In this document: positions 1 through 7,914 of the stretch, one piece after another
How positions within the stretch are numbered: the stretch's first letter is position 1
How the letters are laid out: every line of letters begins with the position of its first letter
Program-made: the position numbers and the translations under genes
The notes under the pieces: model-generated
Told to the model about the DNA's origin: nothing
Databases searched by the model: none
The model's input: the letters and a program-made list of their open reading frames with translations, nothing else
From: Candidatus Rifleibacteriota bacterium
GTDB taxonomy: Bacteria; Muiribacteriota; Ozemobacteria; Ozemobacterales; Ozemobacteraceae
NCBI GenBank assembly: GCA_051747585.1
Contig: JBNJGH010000007.1
Span: forward strand, 1-54,581
DNA length: 54,581 nucleotides
Direction: 5' to 3'

Positions 1-1105
1 CCGTATAGCTCAAAAATAAAATAAAGTTAATTGCAAAATTAAGCTGTTTTTTGCCAAAAAAGCCGGGCTGAATCTTTTTCAATGGTAGAGCTATATTTAT
101 AACAGGTGTTCCGCTATATTCAGCTTTGCTGGCAATTTTAAAATTCTCGACAAAGTTATGTGGAAGTTTAAAAACAAAATTCAAATTTTTTGAATCTTGA
201 TAAAATTGAGGTAAATTTTTTAATTTAGAATAACCAAAGCTATGCTTGTAAGCACTTTTATTATTTTTTGCGAGAATTTTTTTAAGTAAAAATTTCCAGT
301 TAAAATCACTACGGAGATAAAAAAGATTAAGATTTACCGGTTGCTTTTCAGCATCAATAAAGCTTAATACCAGATGATAAAAAACATCTTTTTTTCTTAA
401 AGAATAAAGAGTCTCGAACCAGTAAATTTTATCCTGAGTGGAATCGAAGCTTCCTAACCATTTTGTAAAAAGGGAAAAAAAGCTTTGATCGGATTCATTA
501 TTTTTACCTGAGTCAAAGCTGCTTGTTTCTGATATCCAGTATGAATAAGTCTTTGATAGTAAATTTAGAGTTTCATTGTTTGTAAGAGTATTATTAAAAG
601 AAGGCTTACAGAACCAAACTCTTGATTTGTCATTACTTTGAAGAGTAAAGACTAAAGCAGGTTCAGCACCAATTCTTTTCTTTAAGAAATCAATGAATTT
701 GTTTACTCCGGCTTTAAGATCTTGTTGTTTCCAGGGTAGAAATTTTAAAATCCGGTTTTTTTTCAATCGCTGTATACCGGCACCTGCAGAAGCAACAATT
801 TTTCCCTCGTCATAGATTTCACTAAGGTCAAAGTGTCTAGCATAAAGAGTTTCAAGTTTCTGGGTTTCCAATCTTGAATTTAGGAAATCTGCTGTATTTA
901 GAACAGTATTGTATTTTTGTTTTTCGTTAATCAAGTTCTGGCGAACTGATGCAAGATTAAGACGTCGATCAAATTCTATCGCCTTATTCATAAAATGTTT
1001 ACCCGCCAGAAGCGGAATTACAAAGCAAAAGATCCATAGAGCAACAGGAATATATCCGGCAGGCTTGCGGGTTTTAATAAAAGTTGTGCTTTGTTCTTTA
1101 TTCAT
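1..1105 (-). CDS. Partial (3'-truncated by window edge) membrane protein, paralog of the adjacent class III cyclase
   Basis: Not in the ORF track. ATG at 1105 overlaps the TGA of the upstream gene (ATGA). Translation starts MNKEQSTTFIKTRKPAGYIPVALWIFCFVIPLLAGKHFMNKAIEFDRR and near the edge reads GKKQLNFAINFILFLSYT. The frame is open in the stretches I translated at both ends. The N-terminal TM helix resembles FFWFMIVVVPLLVGKFLI of 1102..4110, and a second hydrophobic segment starts at a similar depth. Confidence 0.85.
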   Translation of the reverse strand, partial: MNKEQSTTFIKTRKPAGYIPVALWIFCFVIPLLAGKHFMNKAIEFDRRLNLASVRQNLINEKQKYNTVLNTADFLNSRLETQKLETLYARHFDLSEIYDEGKIVASAGAGIQRLKKNRILKFLPWKQQDLKAGVNKFIDFLKKRIGAEPALVFTLQSNDKSRVWFCKPSFNNTLTNNETLNLLSKTYSYWISETSSFDSGKNNESDQSFFSLFTKWLGSFDSTQDKIYWFETLYSLRKKDVFYHLVLSFIDAEKQPVNLNLFYLRSDFNWKFLLKKILAKNNKSAYKHSFGYSKLKNLPQFYQDSKNLNFVFKLPHNFVENFKIASKAEYSGTPVINIALPLKKIQPGFFGKKQLNFAINFILFLSYT

Positions 1106-4100
1106 AATTTTAAACCCTTAAGTAAAAAGACCCGTTGCCTATTTTGTTTACCTTTCACAGAAATCATCCCACAATCAATAAAGTCAAAGCGATCTCTGGC
1201 AAAACCCTCTATTTTTTGAGAAACCATTATACTCGCTTCTTTTTGCTTATGAGTCAAAGCTTCCAGACGAGCAGAAAGATTAACTACATTGCCAATAAGG
1301 GTAAAATCTTTGCGACCTTTTTTTGCACCGATACGCCCTCTGATTGCTTTGCCACAAGCTATTCCAACCCCGATTTTAATACGGGGTAAATCTGCTTTTT
1401 CAAGTTGCTTGTTTAATGGAGTTAAAGCTTTAATAAGCTTTAAGGCAGCCTTGCAGGAATTTGAATACGACTGTTTTTGCCCTGAACTTTTACCGGCAAA
1501 GGCAACCATCACCCCATCACCGACATACTTGTCGATAATTCCGTTGTTCTCTTTTATCACAGGCTCTATAAACGAATAATACAAGTTTAAAAGTTCAATA
1601 ATTTTATCTGCTGACAGCCTTTCGCAAAGCTCGGCAAATTCTCTTATATGAATAAACATTACTGCTGCTTCAATTTTTTTACTTGATCTTTCCTGAAAAT
1701 CAAGGCTTTCAATCTCTATATTCCTGGTAGCTTCTTCGGAAACAAAGCGCTCAAGCCTCTGTCGATGTTGCAGCCCTGTCGTCATAATATTGAATTTTTC
1801 AACCAGAACTCCCATTTCATAAACGGCACCGGTCTCAATCAACGGATAATACCCGCGATTGACCAGACTCGTTGCTTTAAGCAAAGCTTTAACCGGATTC
1901 AAAAAAATCGATGTAAGAGAATCTGCAAGAAATATAATAAGCAGAAAAGCATATAGAACAAAAACCAGCAATATCACGCTTAACATAGATCGCTTAAGTG
2001 CGTTGTTATCAAGTATAGCTTTTGAAACTACTATCAGGGGTAATTTTGCAACTTTTCTTCCGGCAAAAAGATTTACAGAGCCATCGACCGCAGTTTCCAA
2101 CCAGCTGGTCTTTGAATCTATAGCTGCCATTCGCTGAAAAATTCTTCGAAAATCATTGTCTTTTTCAGCTTGTGGAGGCCAGGAATTAACGACTTCACTT
2201 TTTTCAGCTCTATCGTTATCGGCGATCTGAAAAACTGCTTTATGGTAAAGAACTCCATTTTCACGTTTAACAAAGAAATTTTCTTTGTCTGCACTCTGAA
2301 AAAGAAATTTTTGCGATCTTTTACCTGCATCGAGAACAAAAGCAATAAAAGCAGATTCACCTGATTCTTTCGGTGAAAAGAGGTTGAAAGTAATCAACCT
2401 GAAATTTCCCTGCTGAGCAGATTCACTGCCAAACATTTTTCCATCCTGCAGACAGAAATTCATTAAATCCAAAGGAGAAAAAAGATCTCCCAGAGCAAGT
2501 ATTTTTCTTCCATGAGGATTCTTTTTTATTTCGTCAGCAAAATTTTCTGAGCTGATTCTCAACTCTGAAAAAATTCTACAAGCCTGCCCTTTGAAAAGCT
2601 GACAAAGAAAATCAAGCCTTTCTCTATTTTTCGAGCTGATATTAATATTTTTTTCGAGCTCTTCAAGAACAAGACCGTCGCTTCTAATAAAAACGTAGCC
2701 ATCAAAAGTTATCCCCAATTCATTGTTAAAAATCTTTTTCAGCTCAAGGCCGGAAAGCTCCAGGCAGTCAAATAAACTATCTTTGAATCGGCGCAATTTC
2801 AAGTGCTGCATGCTCTGATTATTTTGAATACTTAATTCAAAAAGCTGTAATTCCTGTTCGATGGATTGTCGTTGATTCTGATATAAAAGTTTCTGAAAAA
2901 ATCCAAAATAGCGCTGAGAGACAACAAGAAAAATGGCAACCGGCAAGACAACAGATGCAAAAACAGCCAGAAATAGTTTAGTGTTAATTTTAGCAGGGAT
3001 TCGACCTTCAAAACACAGCATTTGCAACAGATACAGGCTGAAAAACACAATAACAAGGAAACCCAGACTTGAAAAAGTTTTAAATCGGGAAAGTCTTTTT
3101 CTATAACTTTCAATGCTCGTTTGCGAAACAATATAAAATGCTTTTGCGGGAGCCGTATCCAGGCGATTATTGTCAATATTTAAATCAAGTGCTGACTGGT
3201 TTGCGTGAGAAGCAAAACGTAGCAATCTCACTGGAAGCGGCTTAAGCGACCTAAGTGTTCCATCATCAGATTCAAAATAAAACTTATTTAGATCCGCCGG
3301 CAAAAGGGCGTAAAACCGTTGAATTTTACTATTATTCTTTTTTGTTCTTGCTTGGGAAAAGTGCTTTTTTAATGATACCGAGTCTTCGGTAAATGATATA
3401 AAATAGTAAAATTCAGACTGTTGAGTAACATAGTCGCCGACATTGCCCAGCCAGCTGAATAACCTTCTGCCCCCAAGTTTTGTCGAAAAATATGAATTAA
3501 GTTTATTGACGTCAAATTTTAAAGCCTCTTTAGTGCCAAGAATGGTAGTAAAAACCTGAGTAAAAAGTTTGTTTTGCAACTTTCGGGCTTTCTCCTCATT
3601 TTGTCGAATTAAGCCCTTAAAAAAGATTTTTACCGCAGCCTGCCCAAGATAGCCAATATCTTTGGCAAATTTGTGCCCCACCCTTTTAACTATTTCACCT
3701 GTATCTTTATTGAAAAGAAAAATATAAAGACAATCGGTACCAATTTCATCATTTAGTCTGGCGCGAAGAAAATCTGCCTTTTCTGAAAGCTTTAAAGAGT
3801 TTCTATCTTTAGCAGCGCAAAAGCTGGAAAAATCAGTTTGTATGCTTTCAAGCCTTGTGGTCAGGAATTTTTCAATTTCTATATCTTTCTCAAAATCATT
3901 CAGGTCTTCTCTAAGTTGACTTCTTGTTGCTGTTTTATGTTCTTCCAGCAGGTAATCAATATAACCGGTGATTAAAAATTTACCCACTAACAAAGGAACC
4001 ACAACAATCATAAACCAGAAAAAAATTCCTGATTTAATTGACGGCTTGTATCCCTTCAGCTTTTGCTTTGAATGTTTGCCGTTATCAGTTGATTTGCCTG

Positions 4101-4110
4101 CCGATTTCAC
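1102..4110 (-). CDS. Membrane-bound class III adenylate/guanylate cyclase-domain protein with HAMP domain; first metal-binding Asp replaced by His
   Basis: 1002 aa with about 4 TM segments, a HAMP-like segment (LNPVKALLKATSLVNRG...EMGVLVEKFNIMTTGL) and cyclase motifs VMFIHIREF, IDKYVGDGVM, FTLIGNVVNLSARLE, ISVKGK. Confidence 0.9.
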   Translation of the reverse strand: MKSAGKSTDNGKHSKQKLKGYKPSIKSGIFFWFMIVVVPLLVGKFLITGYIDYLLEEHKTATRSQLREDLNDFEKDIEIEKFLTTRLESIQTDFSSFCAAKDRNSLKLSEKADFLRARLNDEIGTDCLYIFLFNKDTGEIVKRVGHKFAKDIGYLGQAAVKIFFKGLIRQNEEKARKLQNKLFTQVFTTILGTKEALKFDVNKLNSYFSTKLGGRRLFSWLGNVGDYVTQQSEFYYFISFTEDSVSLKKHFSQARTKKNNSKIQRFYALLPADLNKFYFESDDGTLRSLKPLPVRLLRFASHANQSALDLNIDNNRLDTAPAKAFYIVSQTSIESYRKRLSRFKTFSSLGFLVIVFFSLYLLQMLCFEGRIPAKINTKLFLAVFASVVLPVAIFLVVSQRYFGFFQKLLYQNQRQSIEQELQLFELSIQNNQSMQHLKLRRFKDSLFDCLELSGLELKKIFNNELGITFDGYVFIRSDGLVLEELEKNINISSKNRERLDFLCQLFKGQACRIFSELRISSENFADEIKKNPHGRKILALGDLFSPLDLMNFCLQDGKMFGSESAQQGNFRLITFNLFSPKESGESAFIAFVLDAGKRSQKFLFQSADKENFFVKRENGVLYHKAVFQIADNDRAEKSEVVNSWPPQAEKDNDFRRIFQRMAAIDSKTSWLETAVDGSVNLFAGRKVAKLPLIVVSKAILDNNALKRSMLSVILLVFVLYAFLLIIFLADSLTSIFLNPVKALLKATSLVNRGYYPLIETGAVYEMGVLVEKFNIMTTGLQHRQRLERFVSEEATRNIEIESLDFQERSSKKIEAAVMFIHIREFAELCERLSADKIIELLNLYYSFIEPVIKENNGIIDKYVGDGVMVAFAGKSSGQKQSYSNSCKAALKLIKALTPLNKQLEKADLPRIKIGVGIACGKAIRGRIGAKKGRKDFTLIGNVVNLSARLEALTHKQKEASIMVSQKIEGFARDRFDFIDCGMISVKGKQNRQRVFLLKGLKL

Positions 4111-4145
4111 AGCCTAATTATAAGACAAGTATCTCATTAACCCAA
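4111..4145 (-). promoter_or_regulatory. Putative sigma70 promoter giving a leaderless transcript for the cyclase pair
   Basis: Minus strand reads TTGGGT(4145-4140)-N17-TATAAT(4122-4117)-N6-GTG(4110). No Shine-Dalgarno sequence. Confidence 0.55.
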
Positions 4146-4221
4146 AGAAAATTTTAACAAAGATATTTAATCAGCAATTCTCGGTGTGCCATTATTGGCT
4201 GGCTCCCAATGATTTTTGTTT

Positions 4222-4252
4222 TGTAGAGTGCTCAAAATCTTGAGTCCCTACA
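4222..4252. repeat. GTAG-type REP-like palindrome
   Basis: tgtagagtgctcaaaatcttgagtccctaca is an imperfect hairpin with TGTAG...CTACA ends. Minus strand reads GTAGGGACTCAAGATTTTGAGCACTCTAC. Confidence 0.55.
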
Positions 4253-4332
4253 GCTGAGGCATTCATTGCTGCATATTTACGTTTGCTCATTTCTCTTTAT
4301 ATCGTGATCAGTGAGGCGAAAGCCAAACGGTG

Positions 4333-4507
4333 ATCGTTATCGTAATCGTAATCGAGAAAGATTGCTTCGTCGTTTCACTCCTCGCAATGACAGCCCCAAA
4401 TTGGGCCGACACGCGGGTCGGCCCCTACGAGGCCGGAATGACGACAACGATTACGAGTACGCGCATCCGCCGTCGCCAATGCTATGGCGGACAAGCGAGC
4501 ACGATTA
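4333..4507. repeat. Composite cluster of GC-rich palindromic REP/RPE-like elements
   Basis: Elements: atcgttatcgtaatcgtaatcg (4333-4354), agattgcttcgtcgtttcactcctcgcaatgac (4359-4391), gggccgacacgcgggtcggcccctac (4403-4428), gccggaatgac (4432-4442), gacaacgattacgagtacg (4443-4461), tccgccgtcgccaatgctatggcgga (4466-4491), gagcacgatta (4497-4507). The stretch is GC-rich within an AT-rich background. Confidence 0.7.
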
Positions 4508-4597
4508 TAATTTTGCGCGGCTTAGTGTGAGAAATATCCATTTTCTGAAACGAGTTGATTTTCGCTGACCAAGAAATGCTGTATTAACAATATTTAA

Positions 4598-4626
4598 TTG
4601 ACATACAACGAAAGTTAGGCTATACT
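4598..4626 (+). promoter_or_regulatory. sigma70-type promoter of feoA-feoB-dtxR
   Basis: TTGACA (4598-4603)-N17-TATACT (4621-4626), 38 nt upstream of the feoA ATG. Confidence 0.85.
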
Positions 4627-4647
4627 AATATTGTTAGCCTAAACTAA
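4615..4647. promoter_or_regulatory. Tandem DtxR-family-like operator sites
   Basis: TTAGGCTATACTAA (4615-4628) and TTAGCCTAAACTAA (4634-4647) are both TTAG-N6-CTAA palindromes. They overlap the -10 box and likely start site, and a DtxR-family gene lies in the same operon. Confidence 0.7.
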
Positions 4648-4664
4648 TTAAAGGGCGGATAATT

Positions 4665-4916
4665 ATGGTTAAAACTACTTTCAGTCTTGCTGAATTACCT
4701 GCTGGCAGCAGCGGTACAATTAGAGACATAGACACAACATCTCCTACTTCACAGCGCCTGATGGATCTGGGATTTGTACCCGGAACCCCGATAAGAGCGG
4801 TACAAAAAGCTCCGCTGGGCGATCCCACTACTTTCCAGATTCGCGGCTACCAGGTCGGACTTCGCAAAACCGAAGCCGATCTTATTAACATTGATCTTTT
4901 ACCTGATGAAAACTGA
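4665..4916 (+). CDS. feoA: Ferrous iron transport protein A
   Basis: 83 aa with RLMDLGFVPGTPI..VQKAPLGDP..FQIRGYQVGLRKTEA, the typical FeoA pattern. Directly upstream of feoB. Confidence 0.95.
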   Translation: MVKTTFSLAELPAGSSGTIRDIDTTSPTSQRLMDLGFVPGTPIRAVQKAPLGDPTTFQIRGYQVGLRKTEADLINIDLLPDEN

Positions 4917-7191
4917 AAACAACAGCAAAAGAATTTTTTTAATCGGAAACCCTAACTCTGGCAAGACCAGCCTGTTCAATGCTCTGACCGGCGAACGTAA
5001 AAGAGTCGGCAACTGGCCTGGTGTTACAGTTCAAAGAATCGAAGGCAATCTTAAGAACAGTAAGAAAAACCTGCTGGTAAGCGACCTTCCAGGCACCTAT
5101 TCTCTTACTCCGGCTACTCCTGAAGAGGAAGTAGTTTTAAAGGTTCTCGACGAAGCCTGCGACAATGTTATTTTGAACGTTGTCGATATAGGCAATTTTG
5201 AAAGAAATCTATTTTTAACCACTCAGCTTATCGAAGTTGGAATAGCCCCTGTAATAAGTTTAAACTGTTATGATTCTTTTACTGCTGCGGGGGGTACAAT
5301 AGACCTCGAAAAGTTTACCCGATCCACAGGTCTGTCTGCTTTCCCCACAATAGCGAGAACGGGAAATGGAGTTGCCGCACTTTCGGAAAAGCTTGAAGGA
5401 ATAGACAATTGCTTGATAAAATCGAATTCGAGCCGCTTAAGCCTTTCCCAGGGATGGATAGACGCTGCAGATAATATTTTAAAGCTTGACAGCAAATCAT
5501 GGAAAAATTCTACTCCGGTTGCAAGATATAATGCACTTCATAAACTTATTTCCCTAAACCCTGGGGTAAAATCAGACCAGATAGAACGACTGAATTCTAT
5601 AAAAAGTTCATTAGCCAATGAACTTTCAAGCGCCCAAAATAGAGAAATAAAGCCGGCTGATCTGGCTTGTGAACTTGCTACCGACAGATATAAACGCATT
5701 GAAGGACTTATCGCAAGCTGTGCAATAGTGCCCGGCAAATCGCTACCCGGCTGGCAGGAAAAATTAGACAAATTTTTAACCCATAAGTTTCTGGGTCTAC
5801 CTATTTTTGCATTATTAATGGCCTGGATTTTCTGGACAACCTTTTCAATAGGCGAATACCCGATGGGATGGATGGAAAGCCTTTTCAACTCATTATCCAC
5901 CTACCTTCAAACAAACATGTCTGAAGGGCTGCTGAGAAGCTTGCTGGTAGAAGGGGTAATTGCCGGTGTTGGCGGAGTTCTGGTCTTTGTACCAAACATT
6001 CTTATTTTATTTTTCTGGATAGCCCTGCTTGAAGATTCAGGCTATATGGCCAGAGCGGCCTTTCTTATGGATCGCCTTATGAACAGCATAGGGCTGCATG
6101 GTCGTGCCTTTATTCCAATGATTATGGGTCTTGGCTGCAATGTGCCGGCAGTTATGGCAACCAGAATAATAGACAACAGATTTCAACGCATGCTCACCAT
6201 GCTTTTGATTCCATTGATTACCTGTGCCGCAAGACTACCGGTTCTGGTTATACTTTGCGGAACATTTTTTGGTGCCAGTGCCAGTTTCTGGATGTTCAAT
6301 CTATTTTTTGTAAATCTACTGGTGATAATTTTTCTTGGTCAGGCAACCAGCCTTTTGTTCAAAACAGACGAAACTTCTCCGTTTTTGCTGGAAATGCCCC
6401 CATATCGTTTACCAACAGCTTCAAGTGTTTTCCATATGCTTTATGAAAAAGTTGAACACTTTGTCGAAAAGGCCGGAACAATTATACTTGCAGGTTCGAT
6501 TATTATCTGGGCTCTCTCGGTTTTTCCCAGAGAAGTCCCACTAAGCCAGAATTTTGATCAGCAAATTGCCGAACTAAAAGCCGGCGAAATTACTAATCAA
6601 ACTGCGAATGAAATCGCCCGTCTCACCCGACAAAAAAATATAGAACTAATGGAAGGCCGTTATATGGCCCGAATTGGCAAAGCAATTCATCCGGTTATGG
6701 CTCCGCTTAATTTCAGCTGGCGCGAAACCGTCTCTTTGATACCAGGTTTTCTGGCAAAAGAATCGGTGGTTTCTACCCTTTCAGTATTATATCTCCCCTA
6801 CGGGGAAGACCTGGGGGATGCAATGAAGTCCGGAGGAATGAGTAAAGTTACGGCTTTTGTGTTTATGTTGTTTACTTTGATGTATATTCCATGTCTGGCT
6901 ACCCTTGGGATAATATGGCGGGAAAGCGGATCTACCAAATTTACTATTCTTGCCTTGTTTATCTATTTCTTTATAGCCTATGCGGTCAGCTTTTTTGTTT
7001 TAAAATCAAGCACCCTGCTTACCAGTTCGTCTGAGGGAGCTCTCGAGGGCGCTTTAATCATACTTCTAATCGTTTTTGCAGTATGGTATATTATCAGAAC
7101 CTTCTTAAAAGCTGTAACAGGAAAAAAATGTAAAAGTTGTGCAAGTTGCCAGAGCTGCCCAATTAACAACAAATCCGGAGGATGCGAATAG
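4906..7191 (+). CDS. feoB: Ferrous iron transport protein B with C-terminal Cys-rich tail
   Basis: G1 GNPNSGKT, VGNWPGVTV, DLPGTYSL, LEDSGYMARAAFLMDR, LGCNVPA, LEMPPYRLP, LYIPC-like motif. I prefer the ATG at 4906 over the ORF-track TTG at 4891. Confidence 0.95.
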   Translation: MKTENNSKRIFLIGNPNSGKTSLFNALTGERKRVGNWPGVTVQRIEGNLKNSKKNLLVSDLPGTYSLTPATPEEEVVLKVLDEACDNVILNVVDIGNFERNLFLTTQLIEVGIAPVISLNCYDSFTAAGGTIDLEKFTRSTGLSAFPTIARTGNGVAALSEKLEGIDNCLIKSNSSRLSLSQGWIDAADNILKLDSKSWKNSTPVARYNALHKLISLNPGVKSDQIERLNSIKSSLANELSSAQNREIKPADLACELATDRYKRIEGLIASCAIVPGKSLPGWQEKLDKFLTHKFLGLPIFALLMAWIFWTTFSIGEYPMGWMESLFNSLSTYLQTNMSEGLLRSLLVEGVIAGVGGVLVFVPNILILFFWIALLEDSGYMARAAFLMDRLMNSIGLHGRAFIPMIMGLGCNVPAVMATRIIDNRFQRMLTMLLIPLITCAARLPVLVILCGTFFGASASFWMFNLFFVNLLVIIFLGQATSLLFKTDETSPFLLEMPPYRLPTASSVFHMLYEKVEHFVEKAGTIILAGSIIIWALSVFPREVPLSQNFDQQIAELKAGEITNQTANEIARLTRQKNIELMEGRYMARIGKAIHPVMAPLNFSWRETVSLIPGFLAKESVVSTLSVLYLPYGEDLGDAMKSGGMSKVTAFVFMLFTLMYIPCLATLGIIWRESGSTKFTILALFIYFFIAYAVSFFVLKSSTLLTSSSEGALEGALIILLIVFAVWYIIRTFLKAVTGKKCKSCASCQSCPINNKSGGCE

Positions 7192-7635
7192 ATGAATAAT
7201 AGACTTTCAATGTCTCTTGAATCATATCTCGAAACTATCGCGGATCTTCAGGCAAAATTTGGGGCGGTAAGAACTTCTGACCTTGCAGAAAAAATGGGGT
7301 GCAAACGGTCTTCAGTAACCAATGCTTTGCGAAAACTTTCGCAAAAAGGCCTGATAAACTATCAGGCATACCGCCCGGTAACGCTTACCAGAAGCGGTCA
7401 AAATGCAATAAAGAAGCTCACCATGTATCATCGCACAATCGAAGATTTTTTAAAAAATCTTCTGATTTTTTCTGAAGATTTTGCCAGCAAAGAAGCTTGC
7501 AAACTAGAACACAATCTCAGCCGGGAAACAATTGTCCGCTTAAAAAAACTTATGAAATTTTTGCGGTTAGATACGACTCAGAATCTGGATAAAATAAAAA
7601 AAGCGTTTTCCATTTATCTGGAAAACGACCTTTAA
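7192..7635 (+). CDS. DtxR/MntR-family metal-dependent transcriptional repressor
   Basis: SLESYLETI...VRTSDLAEKMG.KRSSVTNALRKL...YRPVTLT..G...HRTIEDFL...EACKLEH. GGAGG lies upstream inside the end of feoB. Confidence 0.92.
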   Translation: MNNRLSMSLESYLETIADLQAKFGAVRTSDLAEKMGCKRSSVTNALRKLSQKGLINYQAYRPVTLTRSGQNAIKKLTMYHRTIEDFLKNLLIFSEDFASKEACKLEHNLSRETIVRLKKLMKFLRLDTTQNLDKIKKAFSIYLENDL

Positions 7636-7662
7636 TAAACCGACCGGATTTTTACCCGGTAT

Positions 7663-7700
7663 TATAACCTTTGTCAGTGAGTACTCTGATAAAGGTTGTA
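7663..7700. terminator. Inverted repeat, possible terminator between convergent units
   Basis: TATAACCTTTGTCAG-N8-CTGATAAAGGTTGTA, a 15-bp stem with two G-U pairs on the + strand, 27 nt after the dtxR stop. No clear U-tract. Confidence 0.45.
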
Positions 7701-7814
7701 AATTTCAAAAGTAGAGAGCTTTTCAAGAAAATCTTCGCTCTGATTTTCCATCCATCCAAGAAAAGCATCATCCATCATTAATTCGGTTATTCCTACCATT
7801 CCGTGGTGAACCAT
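7674..7814 (-). CDS. Unannotated 46-aa small protein
   Basis: GGAGG (7826-7822) lies 7 nt before ATG 7814. Translation MVHHGMVGITELMMDDAFLGWMENQSEDFLEKLSTFEIYNLYQSTH*. Preceded by a perfect sigma28-type promoter. Below the 60-aa ORF-track cutoff. Confidence 0.7.
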   Translation of the reverse strand: MVHHGMVGITELMMDDAFLGWMENQSEDFLEKLSTFEIYNLYQSTH

Positions 7815-7850
7815 TATGTTTCCTCCGTGCATAATCTTTCGCTAAAAGAA

Positions 7851-7877
7851 TTATCGGCAACATTGGAAACAAATTTA
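7851..7877 (-). promoter_or_regulatory. sigma28 (FliA/SigD/WhiG)-type promoter
   Basis: Minus strand reads TAAA(7877-7874)-N15-GCCGATAA(7858-7851), an exact match to the enterobacterial FliA consensus. Confidence 0.7.
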
Positions 7878-7914
7878 ACTTTAAATTTTACTTTAAGATT
7901 TATTTATTTGCTTA

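Noticed and set aside
4173..4192. Possible sigma54 promoter TGGCAC...TTGCT on the minus strand
   Set aside because: The spacing between TGGCAC and TTGC is 8 nt, not the strictly required 5.
4192..4290. 32-aa minus-strand ORF MSKRKYAAMNASAVGTQDFEHSTKQKSLGASQ
   Set aside because: It has only a weak RBS, runs through a REP-like palindrome and has no other support.
4333..4507. CRISPR array or riboswitch in the repeat-rich spacer
   Set aside because: There are no equal-length direct repeats with unique spacers, no cas genes, and no riboswitch consensus that I could match.
4311..4568. ORF-track ORFs 4311..4568 and 4330..4530
   Set aside because: Their odd sequences (RYRNRNRE, IVIVIVIE) are translations of the palindromic repeat mosaic. 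There is no RBS and no protein-like composition.
7189..7194. feoB TAG immediately followed in frame by the dtxR ATG (possible readthrough or pyrrolysine fusion)
   Set aside because: dtxR has its own GGAGG RBS inside feoB and TAG is used as a normal stop elsewhere in the window, so translational coupling explains it.
7662..7676. Selenocysteine readthrough of the microprotein TGA, which lies in a hairpin
   Set aside because: Readthrough would add only a few residues before TAA, and the TGA sits inside the 3' arm of the hairpin rather than just upstream of a SECIS-like stem.
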